From the human T2T-CHM13v2.0 reference genome, Homo sapiens, in the NCBI RefSeq assembly GCF_009914755.1, contig NC_060929.1: a DNA stretch of 64,000 nt. One strand, 5' to 3'. Positions 45,926 through 60,282 of the stretch are shown piece by piece. Position 1 is the stretch's first letter, and the number at the start of each line of letters is the position of its first letter. A program made the position numbers and the translations under genes. The notes under the pieces were generated by a model, which worked only from the letters and a program-made list of their open reading frames with translations, was not told the origin of the DNA and ran no database searches.

Positions 45926-45932
45926 CTATCTA
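45882..45932. repeat. (TG)n microsatellite
   Basis: About 20 TG units with one interruption, followed by tatc repeats. Confidence 0.95.
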
Positions 45933-46324
45933 TGTGTAGGGAAATGATCTGGCCCTTAATTGAACAAGAGTATGGACTGATATAACATGCCTACCATGGT
46001 TAACTCAATCACTCTTCCATTTTTTTAAATTGGACCATTTAAAGCATTTTATGCTGTCTCAACTTTCCTATTTCCTTCCCTCAACAGTTTCTTTCACTCA
46101 CAGAAGATGACTTTACATAGAATTTCAAAAAGAAATAGAAGCTTTTACTTAAGAATATCTACTAACTCATTTAAAGAGAAATCTATTTTTTCTCCTTCTG
46201 TCTTTATTTCTCTTATAAACAATGAAAGAAGTGTTTCTAATTCCATTTAAAGCTACTCTTTCACCTGTATTTGAATGTCCAGTTACAATAATTAAAATCA
46301 TAATCATATCTAACCCTTGGATAT

Positions 46325-46545
46325 TAAATGCTGTTTTCCTGGCACTCAACTAAACCTTTTACTCATATTTACCTACTTAATCCTCATAACAACAGTGTGA
46401 GATTGCTATCATGATCTTCATTTTACAGATAATGAAATTGAGGCACAGAGAATTTAAATAACTTGCATAAAGTCACACAGCTAATTAGTGCTGAAGCCAG
46501 GATTTGAATCTAGGCAATATGGCTTCAGACTGTGCTCTTATTTGC
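46325..46545 (-). mobile_element. MIR SINE
   Basis: ttaatcctcataacaac...cattttacagataatgaaattgaggcacagaga...ccaggatttgaatctaggca. Confidence 0.85.
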
Positions 46546-46795
46546 TGCATGACATTCTTGTCATCAAAAAATGACTCTCTATTGATCACAAGTAGCCCTC
46601 TACTTACCATCCTATTTTTCTTCTCTCCTTTCTCAACCAGTTTCTTGAAAGTGTGGTCTACTTTTGTTATCTAACTTTCTACTTCTCATTAAAACCTTTA
46701 ATTATAGCTTCCATTCCTTCTATTTCACTAATAATACTCTTGCATTTCCATTATTTCCTGATTACTACCATGATACTTAATTAGATATTTCACAA

Positions 46796-46870
46796 ATATA
46801 CCAAATATATATATATACATATTTGTGATCTGAATATATATAATATTTACATATTATATATATAACATAT

Positions 46871-46903
<33 letters not shown>
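46796..46903. repeat. (TA)n low-complexity tract
   Basis: Interrupted TA runs. Confidence 0.85.
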
Positions 46904-46937
46904 CTGAATAGTACTGAACACCAGTGGTTAACACTAT

Positions 46938-47782
46938 TGATGTCCCATACAACGCGTCTTTCCTTGTAAGCTGACCCACCTCTGACCTCAACTGTACCAA
47001 TGGTGGAAAGTCCATCTCAGGGTTTTTGCATCAGGGCTCTCTGGGAACTCTAGAAAACTTGCTCAGCTCAACCTAGAGTTGCATGGTCTTCTGGGGGGTG
47101 AGGAGAGGTGTAGGTTACACCACATAAGGCAACGTTCAACCAATGAGGGACTTGAGTCTCCAGATTAATAACAGCCCCTATCCTTCAGAGAAACAAGTAT
47201 AAGGTTCATTCTACACAGTTCCTCAGAGAGTGTCAGTAGGACTAAGCCCCAATTGTCTATAACTAAAAAAAACCTCAATAATATACCCTTCATTAGATTT
47301 TCCTTTTTCATGGTGATATGGTTTGGCTGTGTCCACATTCAAATCTCAACTTGAATTATATCTCTCAGAATTCCCATATGTTGTGGGAGGGACCCAGGGG
47401 GTGGTAATTAAATCATGGGGGCCAGTTTTTCCTGTGCTATTCTTGTGATAGTGAATAAGTCTTACGAGATCTGACGGGTTTATCAGGGGTTTCCGCTTTT
47501 GCTTCCTCCTCATTTTCTTTTGCTGTCGCCAAATAAGAAGTGCCTTTCTCCTCCTGCCATGATTCTGAAGCCTTCTCAGCCATGTGGAACTGTAAGTCCA
47601 ATTAAATCTCTTTTTCTTCCCAGTCTCGGGTATGTCTTTATCAGCAGCGTAAAAATGGGCTAATACACGTGGTCTTACTACTCCTGTTTCCTAATCCTGA
47701 TTCTTAAAGTTCTTCCTCAGTAAATTACCCACCCCAAATTCTTTTATTAGGCTCTGCTACTAGGAGATTCCAAACTAAGACA
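46938..47782 (+). mobile_element. LTR16-like ERVL LTR interrupted by THE1A
   Basis: caaccaatgaggga, cattctacacagttcctcagag, and the end ggctctgct...ccaaactaagaca. Confidence 0.6.
47314..47667 (+). mobile_element. THE1A solo LTR
   Basis: tgatatggtttggctgtgtcc ... ctaataca; gggtttatcaggggtttccgcttttgc resembles THE1A; TSD catgg/cgtgg. Confidence 0.9.
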
Positions 47783-48026
47783 GTATTACAAACTGAGCCC
47801 TTCCTCCTAAGACATCTTTTCCTGTGTCTTCTCCATCCACATATGGTTCTGGCTTTCGTGTTTCTTCTTTGGCTGCTCTTTTCAGTCTCATTTGTTGGCA
47901 TCTTTTAATAGTTGGTATTTCCAAAGACTATGCCCAAGGCCGCCTTTTCTTTTCACCTTACGTATTTTCCTTGGACAATCCTTCCCACTCACATGACTTC
48001 AGTTACTATCAATATACCACCAATCC

Positions 48027-48310
48027 TCAAGTCAATGGTCCAGCAGAGAACAAATCCCTGATCTCGACTCGTAAGCCTGTTTTCCCTTTAAACATCTACC
48101 CTTACAACATGTTTCATGGGCACATCAAACGCAAAATTGAAATTGTCTTCCTTTTTCCTGCATGTCTTCAAGTCAATGGTCCAGCAGAGAACAAATCCCT
48201 GATCTCGACTCGTAAGCCTGTCTTCCCTTTAAACATCTACCCTTACAACATGTTTCATGAGCACATCAAACGCAAAATTGAAATTGTCTTCCTTTTTCCT
48301 GCATGTCTTC
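48027..48310. repeat. 141-bp tandem duplication (2 copies, 2 mismatches) within an L2-like remnant
   Basis: tcaagtcaatggtccagcagag starts at 48027 and again at 48168. Confidence 0.97.
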
Positions 48311-48919
48311 TCTATCCAACCTGCAGCCTAGGCTACAGACTTGGTTTTGGGTACACTCATGTCTCTGTTTCCAACGTATTTTACTTTAAATTTTCACAAA
48401 CTAACCATCTTGTCATTTGGGAGTTAATTTTTAATGCCACTTTCTCTGAGTAATTTTCCCTAATGCTTGTCTTAAATGTTAATGTAAATTAAAATAATAT
48501 GAGAATCTTGTTAACATGAAGATTCACATTCAGTATGTATGGGGTTGAAACTGAAATTTTAGTATTTCTAACAAGATTCTAGATGATGCTAATGCTGGTA
48601 GTAAGAGAATTACAGTAGTTGAGATTTAGATTAGATTAGATGAGCTATTTATTCTCCTATAACATCAAGTATTTCCCATGCATTGGCTCTTTTCACACTA
48701 TTATAATTTCTACTGAAATTACCTGTGTTCTTTGCAGACCATAAGCTTCCTGAAGGTGTTCAATAATTGATTAATTAATATGTTCTAAAATATTATTTAT
48801 TGTCAAACATATTATTTAGTCTTTGTCAAGAACAAGCTTTGAAGTCCTTTTTAAAAATAAAAGTGCCATTTTTTTCATACGATCAAATATATGTAAATCA
48901 TTTAAACTCTTTTACATAT

Positions 48920-49500
48920 TTTTATTTTTATTTTTCATGTTAGATTTAGGGAATTCATGTGTTTGTTTGTTATATGGGTATTACATGCATAATGGTGGTG
49001 ACTGGGCTTCTAATGTACCCATCACGAAACTATTGAACATAGTACTCAATAGGTGATTTTTCAACCCTCACCCACCTCCCATTCTCCACCCTTTTGGAGT
49101 CCCCAAAGACTATTATCTCTATCTTTATGTCCATATGTACCCATTGTTTTGCTCACATTTATAAGTGAGAACATATGATATTTGATTTTCTGCCTCTGAG
49201 GTATTTCACTTAGAATAATGGCCTCAAACTCCACTTTGCTGCAAAGGACATGATTAAATTATTTTTTATGGCTGTGTAGTATTCCATACATATATACCCA
49301 CATTTTCTTTATCCATTCAACTGTTGGTGGATACTTATGTTGGTTCCATGATTTTGTCATTGCGAATAGGGCTGTGATAAATATATGAGTGCAGGTGTCT
49401 TTTTTATACAATTATTTATTTCTTTTTGGGTCAATACCAAGCAGTGGGATTACTGGGTTGAACGGTAGTTCTATTTTTAGTTCTTTGAGAATCTCCATAT
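48920..49500 (-). mobile_element. Truncated L1 (L1PB4/L1PA17-like) 3' end
   Basis: gtacccatcac...gtactcaataggtgatttttcaaccctc...ttataagtgagaacat...ggtagttctatttttagttctttgagaa. Confidence 0.85.
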
Positions 49501-49896
49501 CGTTTTACTTATTTTTTTTAAAAAAGACTTCTAATGATACAGTAGAAACAAGCAAGTCAGACACCTATTTGTTGTCATAAAATACCTACTTTTCTTTTCC
49601 TCAAAGGCAGGTAATATGCCTTAAGCAGTTGAAGGATCCATAACTTAGTTTATTAAATTTTAACTTAAATGACCTCCCATTTAATTTCTTAAAATTAGAT
49701 GATTAAGGACATAATGTTTCATAAATTATAAAGCCAATTAGCATAAATCTAGAGATACTATTTCACACCAGGGCTAAATCTACTAGGCTATCAAAGATTG
49801 CAGCTTTTAGAGCAATAATTTAGATAAGTTTGGGTGATTAAAATGATGCAAATATTTTGAAAATGTGGGTGCACTGATTGTTGTTACATTATAGCA

Positions 49897-49898
<2 letters not shown>

Positions 49899-49930
<32 letters not shown>

Positions 49931-49965
49931 TACATTCTCTTCTTTGTATGTTATGTGTGTGTGTG
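49899..49965. repeat. (TG)n microsatellite
   Basis: TG runs. Confidence 0.9.
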
Positions 49966-50933
49966 GTAATTCTTCAATAAAAAAAGGAAATTTAATTATG
50001 TTTAACTTCCATTCCATTGGGAAGATATATTCACTATCTGCAATAAACAGTTAAGTGATTTTTAAGAAATAATATATTCCTAATGTCCTTTTTCCACAGC
50101 CCCAACAAATTTTTTAAGCTTTTAGTGATAGATGATAAATTATTATGTAAGCCCTGTATATATATGAAAATGCGTTAAAAACAGTAATAGCTTAAAACAG
50201 GACATTGTTTAAATATCACTAATCTTCTACTTCATTATTTTAGTCAAAATGTTTCTTAGCATTAGTAATAGCTTGATTTACATTTGTAAATCTCTCTAGT
50301 TTGTTTGAAATGCAACTGTTTCTATCTTATTGTTTGTAGCTTTCCAAATTTAAAGCAACTGAATATCTGAGGATATGGATAATTACTAAGTGTAAATATA
50401 ATCTGAAGAATAATTTTTAAATGACTCACCAGCAAATTATCATGCAGAAGCAACATATCTGATGAAGAAAGGAGCATTTATAATGCTTAACTTTTATCTT
50501 TGTATTTGTTTTTCAAAAGCGAAAAATTCTAACAAAGATATTCCTTCAGTACAAATTAAAAACCTGATTTTCTTTACATTCATAATATAAAACAAGATCA
50601 AAATGGATGTTATCATGGTACTTATCAAGTCTGAATGATGTGGTATTAAGAATTAATGAAGAAGAATACATAAATATTAAGAAGATTTAGTCAACATCTA
50701 TGTTTCAGATCCAAGTATTGATTGGTTATCAGTCTCAACATAAATCAATTTGAATTTTTGTGCTAATCCAATGGGGGAAGTGACAAAATATAAACACTAT
50801 AATGATCATTAGTAAGTACCTACTAAAGAGTAAGGAGATGTTATTAGAAGAAAGTGCAAAGTGTTGCACAGCAGAATAAGAAAAATCATAGTCCTTGAGT
50901 CTTAAGTTAAAAATCGAGTCTTATTTAAGTAAA

Positions 50934-51108
50934 ATCCATATTGGTGAATATCAATGATTGATTTCAAAAGAATTACACACATATATGTATGTATTTTGTA
51001 TACATACATGTCATATTGTATACAAAAGATCCATATTGGTGAATATCAATGATTGATTTCAAAAGAATTACACACATATATGTATGTATTTTGTACACAT
51101 ACATGTCA
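50934..51108. repeat. 80-bp duplication (period 95) with a 15-bp junction insert
   Basis: atccatattggtgaatatc...catacatgtca at 50934-51013 and 51029-51108, one mismatch. Confidence 0.95.
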
Positions 51109-52229
51109 ACATACAGAAATATGAATTTCTGAATGTAAGACTATATATGTAACATAAATTGAACAATACTTTGAATTGGCAGTGAGTTTTTAGTTACCTG
51201 TTGACACTGCTTTGAATTTGATAGCAACTCAGGAAAGTAGCATAACCATGATGCATGATGTTACCAGTGGTAAGAGGACAATTTCAGAAAATCATTAATG
51301 GAGTTTATAAAAGAAAATTGATCCAAACTTTCTCAACTTGGCTAGTATGAAACTAATGGTCACTGGTTGATCTAAATCTAAAATTTGACTGGCTTTTCAG
51401 AACCAGGTCACCATCGTAACTTCCAAATAAGTTTCCTGAAGTAGTGAGAGAAGACAAAGAACTTCCAATCTAACTACAATAAAGTCAAAACTACCTTATT
51501 AAAATTAGAACCATTCATCAATACAAAACAAAACAAAGTTTCCAGGTAAACTTCACAGCAATAATTGAGAGCAGCTGCTTACTAAAAATTTAGGGACCTA
51601 ATACAAAGCCAGTGGTTTCAGATAAAATGAGGGTGAGTCAAGATAAATGTGTTATCAGGCAGGAAGTGAATTGGCTGTTATGGGTTATGCAAAGTAAAGA
51701 AGTGAAATGCAAGAAATGGACCAATAGGTTACTGGATCTTGACTGTAGATGAGGTGAGAAGAGAGCAAAACAAAGGAGTTTCCAGTTGTGTTCCACTCAA
51801 ACCATAAAGGAACCAGGAGCTTACACTATTCCTAACAATCAATAAGATTTTTTGTTAATTTATTCTAATAGAAGAAGAGTAGATTCTGTTTCAATTAATA
51901 CACGTTTTGTGTTCTCACATTATAAACAATTTCTCAAAATCAGCTGAGGCTGCAAGATAATGACACTAATTTGATCTTTTCTTCTATTTTCGCCATGCTG
52001 AATGATCTTAAGGAGACACATTTAATCCATAGTCACTGCTAATGAACATTTTCTTAGTCAGGTGTTTAACTAGGCAATGAGAAAATTATAGCAAAAACAT
52101 AATTATTTTTCCTAAAGTTAAGATGGTGGGCTAAGGATGAGTTATATACATTTAAATAGAAATGATAAATAATGGAATAATTTGATTTGGAAATTATTCT
52201 AGTGCACTATTTCTCTTCTATATCAACAT

Positions 52230-53260
52230 TAATTGATAGAGAATGTTGTTCTCTCCCAGTTTTATGGCTTTAGACTCTATATATACTGGTAAGACCTAAA
52301 TATGTATTTCTAGGCTAGACTACTCCATTAAATCAAGATTCATATACTAAATGGCCTAATTGGCATCTCCACTTGGGTGTGTACTGAAGATTTAACATTT
52401 AACGCATCCAAAGCTGAAATCCTTCATCAAAACCTCATCTTACTATTGTGTTCTGCATATCAGATGAGTTTCTACCGGGAGCTGGGGCCAAAAGTGTAAA
52501 GTTTTTGTTTTGCCATATTTTTTTCTCTCATACACCGCTTCTGTCAGCAAATTTTATTAGATGTACTATTTTTTCCATTACAGTTTCATTGAAGTATAAT
52601 TTATATAAAATAACATCCATAAATTAAGTGAACATTTTCGTGAGAAATCATCATCATGTGGAGGTTTTAGAATGTTTCCATCCGTTCCAAAAGTTCCCTC
52701 ATTCACCTTCATAGCTAGGTCATATTCCCTCCCCTGGTCCCAGGAAATCACTGATCTGTTTTGTTGTCACTCTTATTTTCCCTGTTCTAGATTTTTACAT
52801 AAATGGAATAACATTTATTCTTTTTCATGTGGCTTTTTTTTTTCACTGAGGACAATGTTTCCAAGATATATTCATGTTGTTGCATATATCCGTAGATATT
52901 TTTTCTTTATTTCTGAATAATATTCCTGGATCTACTTTTATAATGTATTTACCTGTTCACTTCTATTGCTACAAACAGCCCAGTTTACCATGAATTTGTA
53001 TGTGTATGATTGTGATAGCCTTCTAATTGGCTTGTTTCCCCTTTTGACTGCTCATAATTCATTCTTAACTCAGTATCTCATATTATCCTTCTAAAATGTA
53101 AATCTGCCCATGGCATAACTTTGTTTAAACTTTCCAAGTATTCCAATCTTAGATGGAAAGCCAAAATATTTCAATAACCTGTATGGGCCTATGAAACACA
53201 GCCTTTCATGGCCTATCCTATTACTGTCCTTGCTCACTCAGCCCCAGCCTGATTGGTACT
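52230..53260. mobile_element. L2 remnant interrupted by an old antisense L1ME-like fragment (~52575-52930)
   Basis: L2 motifs (catctccacttgggtgt, gccttctaattggctt, ttctaaaatgtaaatctg) on both sides of an L1M 3' motif block. Confidence 0.55.
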
Positions 53261-54824
53261 CTCAAGCCTGGAAGGAGAGTGGGGAGCACAAGAGTAACAG
53301 AGAAGTCAAGAAATAGATATATTCGCATCTGCCTGCATCATCAATATTCTTCAGTGGTAAGAAATTTAAAACTATAATATTAGAATAATACAGATTATAG
53401 AAAATCCTGTAAAAATTGAACATTTGACAAGTGACATTAGTATATACCCCAAAACACTCCAGTGCATGTATCTAAATATCACTGCATTGTAGTTTTACTT
53501 GGTAAAGGAGTGTGAACATTATTGACTTAATTGATTATTCCGGATCATGAGCATAAAGAAATGTAATTATAGCGCAAGCTAAAATAAGATACCTAAGAGA
53601 TAAGAGAACCTCTAGGAATAAATAATGTTAGCTCTGTATTTTCTTAAATCAAGTTTTCAAGTTTGTAAATAACAATAACAAAAATAGCAGGAACAAAATA
53701 TACTGTGCTATAAGACCTGATGTATGACTGGAATTGTACTTCCACTGGGGTTGAAATAAAAAAAAAACCTCTCAGTTAATTTTTTCTTGGGAAAAATTAT
53801 AATGGTATGAGATTCATATTTTCTTTGAAAATATAATAGCATATATATGTTTTCACTGTTAATGGAGTATGTTAAACTACTGCAATGTGAAGAATACAAG
53901 GTTGTTTTTGTTCTTCAAATAGACATAACTTTATATAAAACTACAATTACCAAATTTGATTAAAAACGGACATATTTATCCAATATTATCAAATTAAAAC
54001 AAGTTAAAAAAACCTGAATATATAAAGATGTTAACTGAAAAACTTGATTTATAGGTACTCCCTATTTTCCTGCCTTAAAAATAATGTCCCATTACATTAA
54101 TTTTTTTTCTATATTAAAGTAGATATTTTAGTGGGTCAGAAACATTGGGCATATATTCAACATACTGTTATAGGTCATAGTAGAAAACAGCACATATACA
54201 CCTTGTTTCACAGCCTTCTGAACTTCAACATCAGAGTTTTGAAGAAGAGAACCTTCCTCATTGCTACCTTTATAAATTAAAAAATATAAACTAAATGTGT
54301 AAATAATAGAAACTACATATTTTTATTGATGTTCAAAGTTTTTATATAATTATAAACAATTCTCCCAAGAGATAAATATAATTTATCATATATGTGTGTG
54401 CTTATTTATTCTTTTCCAAACTATAATGCCATAAGGCCACAGAGCTAGCTATTGTCATGCGCCAGCAATAACTAGAAACATTTTCCCCTGATTGTAGAAT
54501 GGTATTCTTACTCTTCACTGACACAAAATGCAAAAAAATGTTAAAGATAAATATTTTTTATGTGCACACACTCTAAAAGAAGTAATGGCAGTATAGTGAT
54601 GATGGAGCTAAATGGAACATTTAAAAATGTAAATTTTAAAAATTCTTTTTACTGATTCTCCATAAATATGTATATTTCGAGGAGTTTGGTGATTTTATTT
54701 GCTAGGATAAGCAAAGGAGAGGAGAAAAATATATCAAAGCTAGAGAAGGAAGAAAACATTACAGACGTTGGGACATATATTGGGTAAACTGTGGACAATG
54801 AGAATTTTGAAAAGCAGTCTTAAG

Positions 54825-55209
54825 ATACAACATACCAGAATCTCTGGGACTCAGCTAAGGCAGCGATAAGAGGGAAGTTTATAACACCAAATGCCCACAT
54901 TGAAAAGTTAGAAATATCTCAAATTAATAACCTAAAATCACAACTAGAGGAATTAGAGAAACAAGAGCAAATCAACCCCAAAGCTAGCAGACAGGAAATA
55001 ACCAAAATCAAAGCTGAACTGAAGAAAACTGAAATAGTAAAAACTGTACACAAGGTCAATGAATCCTGGAGTTGGTTCCTTGAAAAAATTAATAACATAA
55101 GTCGATAGACCACCAGCTAGACTAATAAAGAAATAAAGAGAAGATCCAAATAAAAATTCAACAATGACAAAGGGGATATTACCACTGAACCCACTGAAAT
55201 ACAAAATCC
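54825..55209 (+). mobile_element. Old L1P ORF2 fragment, part 1
   Basis: acaacataccagaatctctgggac...agggaagtttata...gacaaaggggatattaccactga...gaaatacaaaa. Confidence 0.88.
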
Positions 55210-55210
55210 T

Positions 55211-55500
<290 letters not shown>

Positions 55501-58170
55501 ATATATATATATATGTACACACACACATACACACACAAGGTGTATATGTGCTGTTTTCTACTATTTATATTATATATAAAATATATATAATATACATTAG
55601 TAATATTATATATGAAATAAATATAATATACATTATTTATATTATAAAAAATATATAATATACATTATATTATATATAATATATTATATAATATAATTAT
55701 ATATTATATTATGTATATTATATATAATGTAATATATATATTGTATATATCATATAATATATATAATATAATTATACATATATTATATATATAATATAAT
55801 TATACATATATTATATATATAATATAATTATATATATATTATATATATAATATAATTATATATATATTATATATATAATATAATTATATATTATATATAT
55901 AATATAATATATATAATATATAATATGTATTATATTAATTGTATTATATTATAATATAATTATATATAATAAATATTATATATAATATAATATATATAAT
56001 ATATATTATATTTTATATATAATATATATTATATATATATTTATATATATAATATATATTTCATATATAATATATAATATGTGAAATATATATGTTATAT
56101 AATATATATCATATATATTTTACATATTATATATAAAACATATATATTATATAAATATGTAAATTATATAAAATATAATTATATAAATATGTAAAATAAT
56201 ATATACTTATATATAAAAATATATAAAACATTTACATATAAAAATATATAAAACATTTACATATAAAAATATATAAAACATTTACATATAAAAATATATA
56301 AAACATTTACATATAAAAATATATAAAACATTTACATATAAAAATATATAAAACATTTACATATAAAAATATATAAAACATTTACATATAAAAATATATA
56401 AAACATTTACATATAAAAATATATAAAACATTTTATATAAAAATATATAAAACATTTATATATAAAAAATATAAAATATTTATATATAAAAATATATACG
56501 TATTTATATATAAAAATATATACGTATTTATATAAAAATATATACGTATTCTATACACAAAAATATATACGTATTCTATACACAAAAATATTTACGTATT
56601 CTATACACAAATATATGTACGTATTCTATACAGAAAAATATGTTCGTATTCTATACACAAAAATATGTACGTATTCTATACACAAAAATATGTACGTATT
56701 CTATACATAAAAATATACACGTATTTTATACATAAAAATATATAAGTATTTTATACATAAAAGATATAAAATAAATAAAAAATAATATATAAAAATAAAA
56801 TTATATAAAATATATATATTTTACATATATTAAATATATAAAATATAATATATATAAAATATATGTAGTATATAATATATAAAAATATAATATATATAAA
56901 ATACATATAGTATATCATATATATAAAATATATAGTATATAATATATATAAAAATATATATACTTTATAAAATATATGAAATATATGTATTTTATATATT
57001 TTATATATGTTATATATAATATATATTTTACATTATATATAATATATATTTTATATTATATATTATATATATTTTATATTATATATTATATATATTTTAT
57101 ATACTATATATAAAATATATATTTCATATATTTAATATATAAAATATATATTTATAAATATAATATATATTTTATATAATATATGTAAATATATATAATA
57201 TATAAAATATATTATAATATATATCCCTCAGATATACATCATCTATAATTTATATTATATACATTATATACATCATCTATCATATACAATATATACATTA
57301 TATACATCATCTATAATATATATTACATACATTATATAGGTCATCTATAATATATATTACATACATTATATACGTCATCTATAATATATTACATACGGTA
57401 TATACGTCATCTATAATATATTACATACGGTATATACGTCATCTATAATATATTACATACGGTATATACGTCATCTATAATATATTACATACGGTATATA
57501 CGTCATCTATAATATATTACGGTATATACGTCATCTATAATATATTACATACGGTATATACGTCATCTATAATATATTACATACGGTATATACGTCATCT
57601 ATAATATATTACATACGGTATATACGTCATCTATAATATATTACATACGGTATATACGTCACCTATAATATATTACATACGGTATATATGTCATCTATAA
57701 TATATTACATACGGTATATACATCATATATATTACATACGGTATATACATCATATATAATATATTACATACAGTAGATACATAATATATATAATATATAT
57801 TATATACATAATATATATTATATATATTATATACATAATATATATTATATATATTATATATATAATATATATAATATCTATTACATATATGTATATAATG
57901 TATATTATATACATATTATATATAATATACATTATATACATATTATATATAATATACATTATATACATAATATATATTATATATTATATACATTATATAC
58001 ATAACATATATATTATGTACATTATATACATAACATATATATTATGTACATTATATACATAACATATATATTATATACATTATATACATAATATATATAT
58101 TGTATACATTATATACATTATATACATTATATATATATAATATACATATCCCTCAGAGAGATATATATAT
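55501..58170. repeat. ~2.7-kb complex AT-rich VNTR with 25-bp and 32-bp sub-arrays
   Basis: Units atataaaaatatataaaacatttac (period 25, ~56211-56440), aaaaatatatacgtattctatacac (period 25, ~56535-56750) and tacatacggtatatacgtcatctataatatat (period 32, ~57390-57750). Confidence 0.95.
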
Positions 58171-58555
58171 CCCTCAGAGACTACCACGATGAAGAAATGG
58201 GTAAATTCCTGAACACATACAACCTCCCAAGACTGAATCAAGAAGAAATGTAATCCTTATACAGACCAATAATGAGTTTCAAAATTCAATCAGTAATAAA
58301 ATCCTGCCAACCACAAAAAGCCCAGGACCAGATGGATTCACAGCTGAACTCTACCACATTTATAAAGAAGTGCTGGTAGCATTTCTACTTAAACTATTCC
58401 AAAAACTTGGGGAGGGACTCCTTCCTAACTCATTCTATGAGGCCAGCATCATCCTGATACCAAAACCCGGCAGAGACAACAAAAAAAGAAAACTTCAGGT
58501 AAATATGCTTGATGAACACAGATACAAAACTCCTCAACAAAATACTTGCAAAATA
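58171..58555 (+). mobile_element. Old L1P ORF2 fragment, part 2 (continues part 1)
   Basis: ccctcagagactac...ccaggaccagatggattcacagctga; translation LLKLFQK...[19 protein letters not shown]. Confidence 0.9.
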
Positions 58556-58751
58556 CTATGAATATATATATATGTGTGTATATATATATATATATAAAAC
58601 CATATATATGTAGATAGATAGATATCTTTTTCTTCAAGTGATTTTGTAAAACTTATTTTTGGTTCATGGGTATATATGTAGAGAGAGACAGAGAGAGAGA
58701 GAGAGAACTATACTATAGTTCATGGAAAGTTGAACTATACTATAGTTTGTC

Positions 58752-58845
58752 GACAGCAGTGTGGGATTTCTCTAAGAACTTAAAACAGGATCACCATTTG
58801 ACTCTGGAATCCTATTATTCAGTATATACTCAAAGGAATGGAATT
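58752..58845 (+). mobile_element. L1 ORF2 C-terminal fragment
   Basis: cagtgtgggatttctctaagaacttaaaacagga...ccatttgact...gtatatactcaaagga. Confidence 0.7.
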
Positions 58846-60087
58846 TTATATATATATATAATATATTATATATAATTATATATAATATAATATTTTATAA
58901 TATATAATATATTATATATAATATATTTTATAATATATAATGTATTATATATAATATATTTTATAATATATAATGTATTATATATAATATAATATTTTAT
59001 AATATATAATATAATATTTTATAATATATAATATATTATACATAATATAATATTTTATAATATATAATATATTATACATAATATATTTCATGATATACAA
59101 TATATATAATATAATATTTTATGATATACAATATATATAATATAATATTTTATGATATACAATATATATAATATAATATTTTATGATACATATTATATAT
59201 AAGATCATATTTTATGATACATATTATATATAAGATCATATTTTATGATACATATTATATATAAGATCATATTTTATGATACATATTATATATAAGATCA
59301 TATTTTATGATACATATTATATATAAGATCATATTTTATGATACATATTATATATAAGATCATATTTTATGATACATATTATATATAATATCATATTTTA
59401 TGATACATATTATATATAATATCATATTTTATGATACATATTATATATAATATCATATTTTATGATATATCTTATATATAATATCATATTTTATGATATA
59501 TCTTATATATAATATAATATTTTATGATATATCTTATATATAATATAATATTTTATGATATATCTTATATATATTTTATCTTATATATTATATATGATAT
59601 AATATTTTATCTTATATATTATATATGATATAATATTTTATCACATATATTATATATGATAAAATATTTTATCACATATATTATATATGATATAATATTT
59701 TATAATATTTTATCATATACAATCTATAATATAATATTTTATAATATATATTATATACAATATAATATGTTATAATATATATTATATTATATATAATATA
59801 ATGTTTTATAATATATAATATGTTATATAAAATATAATATATTATATATAATATAATATTTTATAATATATAATATATTACATATAATATATATAACATA
59901 TTTTATATATAATACATTATATATAATATATATTCTATATATTCTATATAGAATATAGAATATATATTCTATATAGAATATATATTCTATATAATATATG
60001 GAATATAGAATATATATTCTATATAGAATATATAGATATATATTGTATTATATATAAAATATGTTATATTACATATATAACATATAT

Positions 60088-60123
<36 letters not shown>
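58846..60123. repeat. ~1.25-kb AT-rich VNTR with a 31-bp sub-array, ending in (GA)n
   Basis: gatacatattatatataagatcatattttat, period 31, ~59185-59550; palindromic tatattctatatagaatata units near 59930-60035. Confidence 0.95.
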
Positions 60124-60164
60124 AAATGACTAGAGCTGATTCTCTTGGCAATGTGTGGATGCTA

Positions 60165-60282
60165 CTAGAAGATGGCCTTTAACGACCAGGAAGTTGCCCT
60201 CATCAGACACCAGATTGGCTAGTGTCTTGATCTTGGACTTGTCAGCCTCCAGAACTGCAAGATATAAATGTTGCATAAGCTA
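60165..60282 (+). mobile_element. MLT1-like LTR fragment
   Basis: gccctcatcagacaccaga...cttgatcttggacttgtcagcctccagaactg...ataaatgtt. Confidence 0.7.

Noticed and set aside
57750-57968. Tyr/Ile-rich 72-aa ORF (likewise 15330-15599 and 58449-58637)
   Set aside because: These are translations of TA or CAT simple repeats.
56211-59550. Regular 25-, 31- and 32-bp repeats as a CRISPR-like array
   Set aside because: The units are head-to-tail with no unique spacers, extremely AT-rich, and have no cas genes nearby in this primate context. They are minisatellites.
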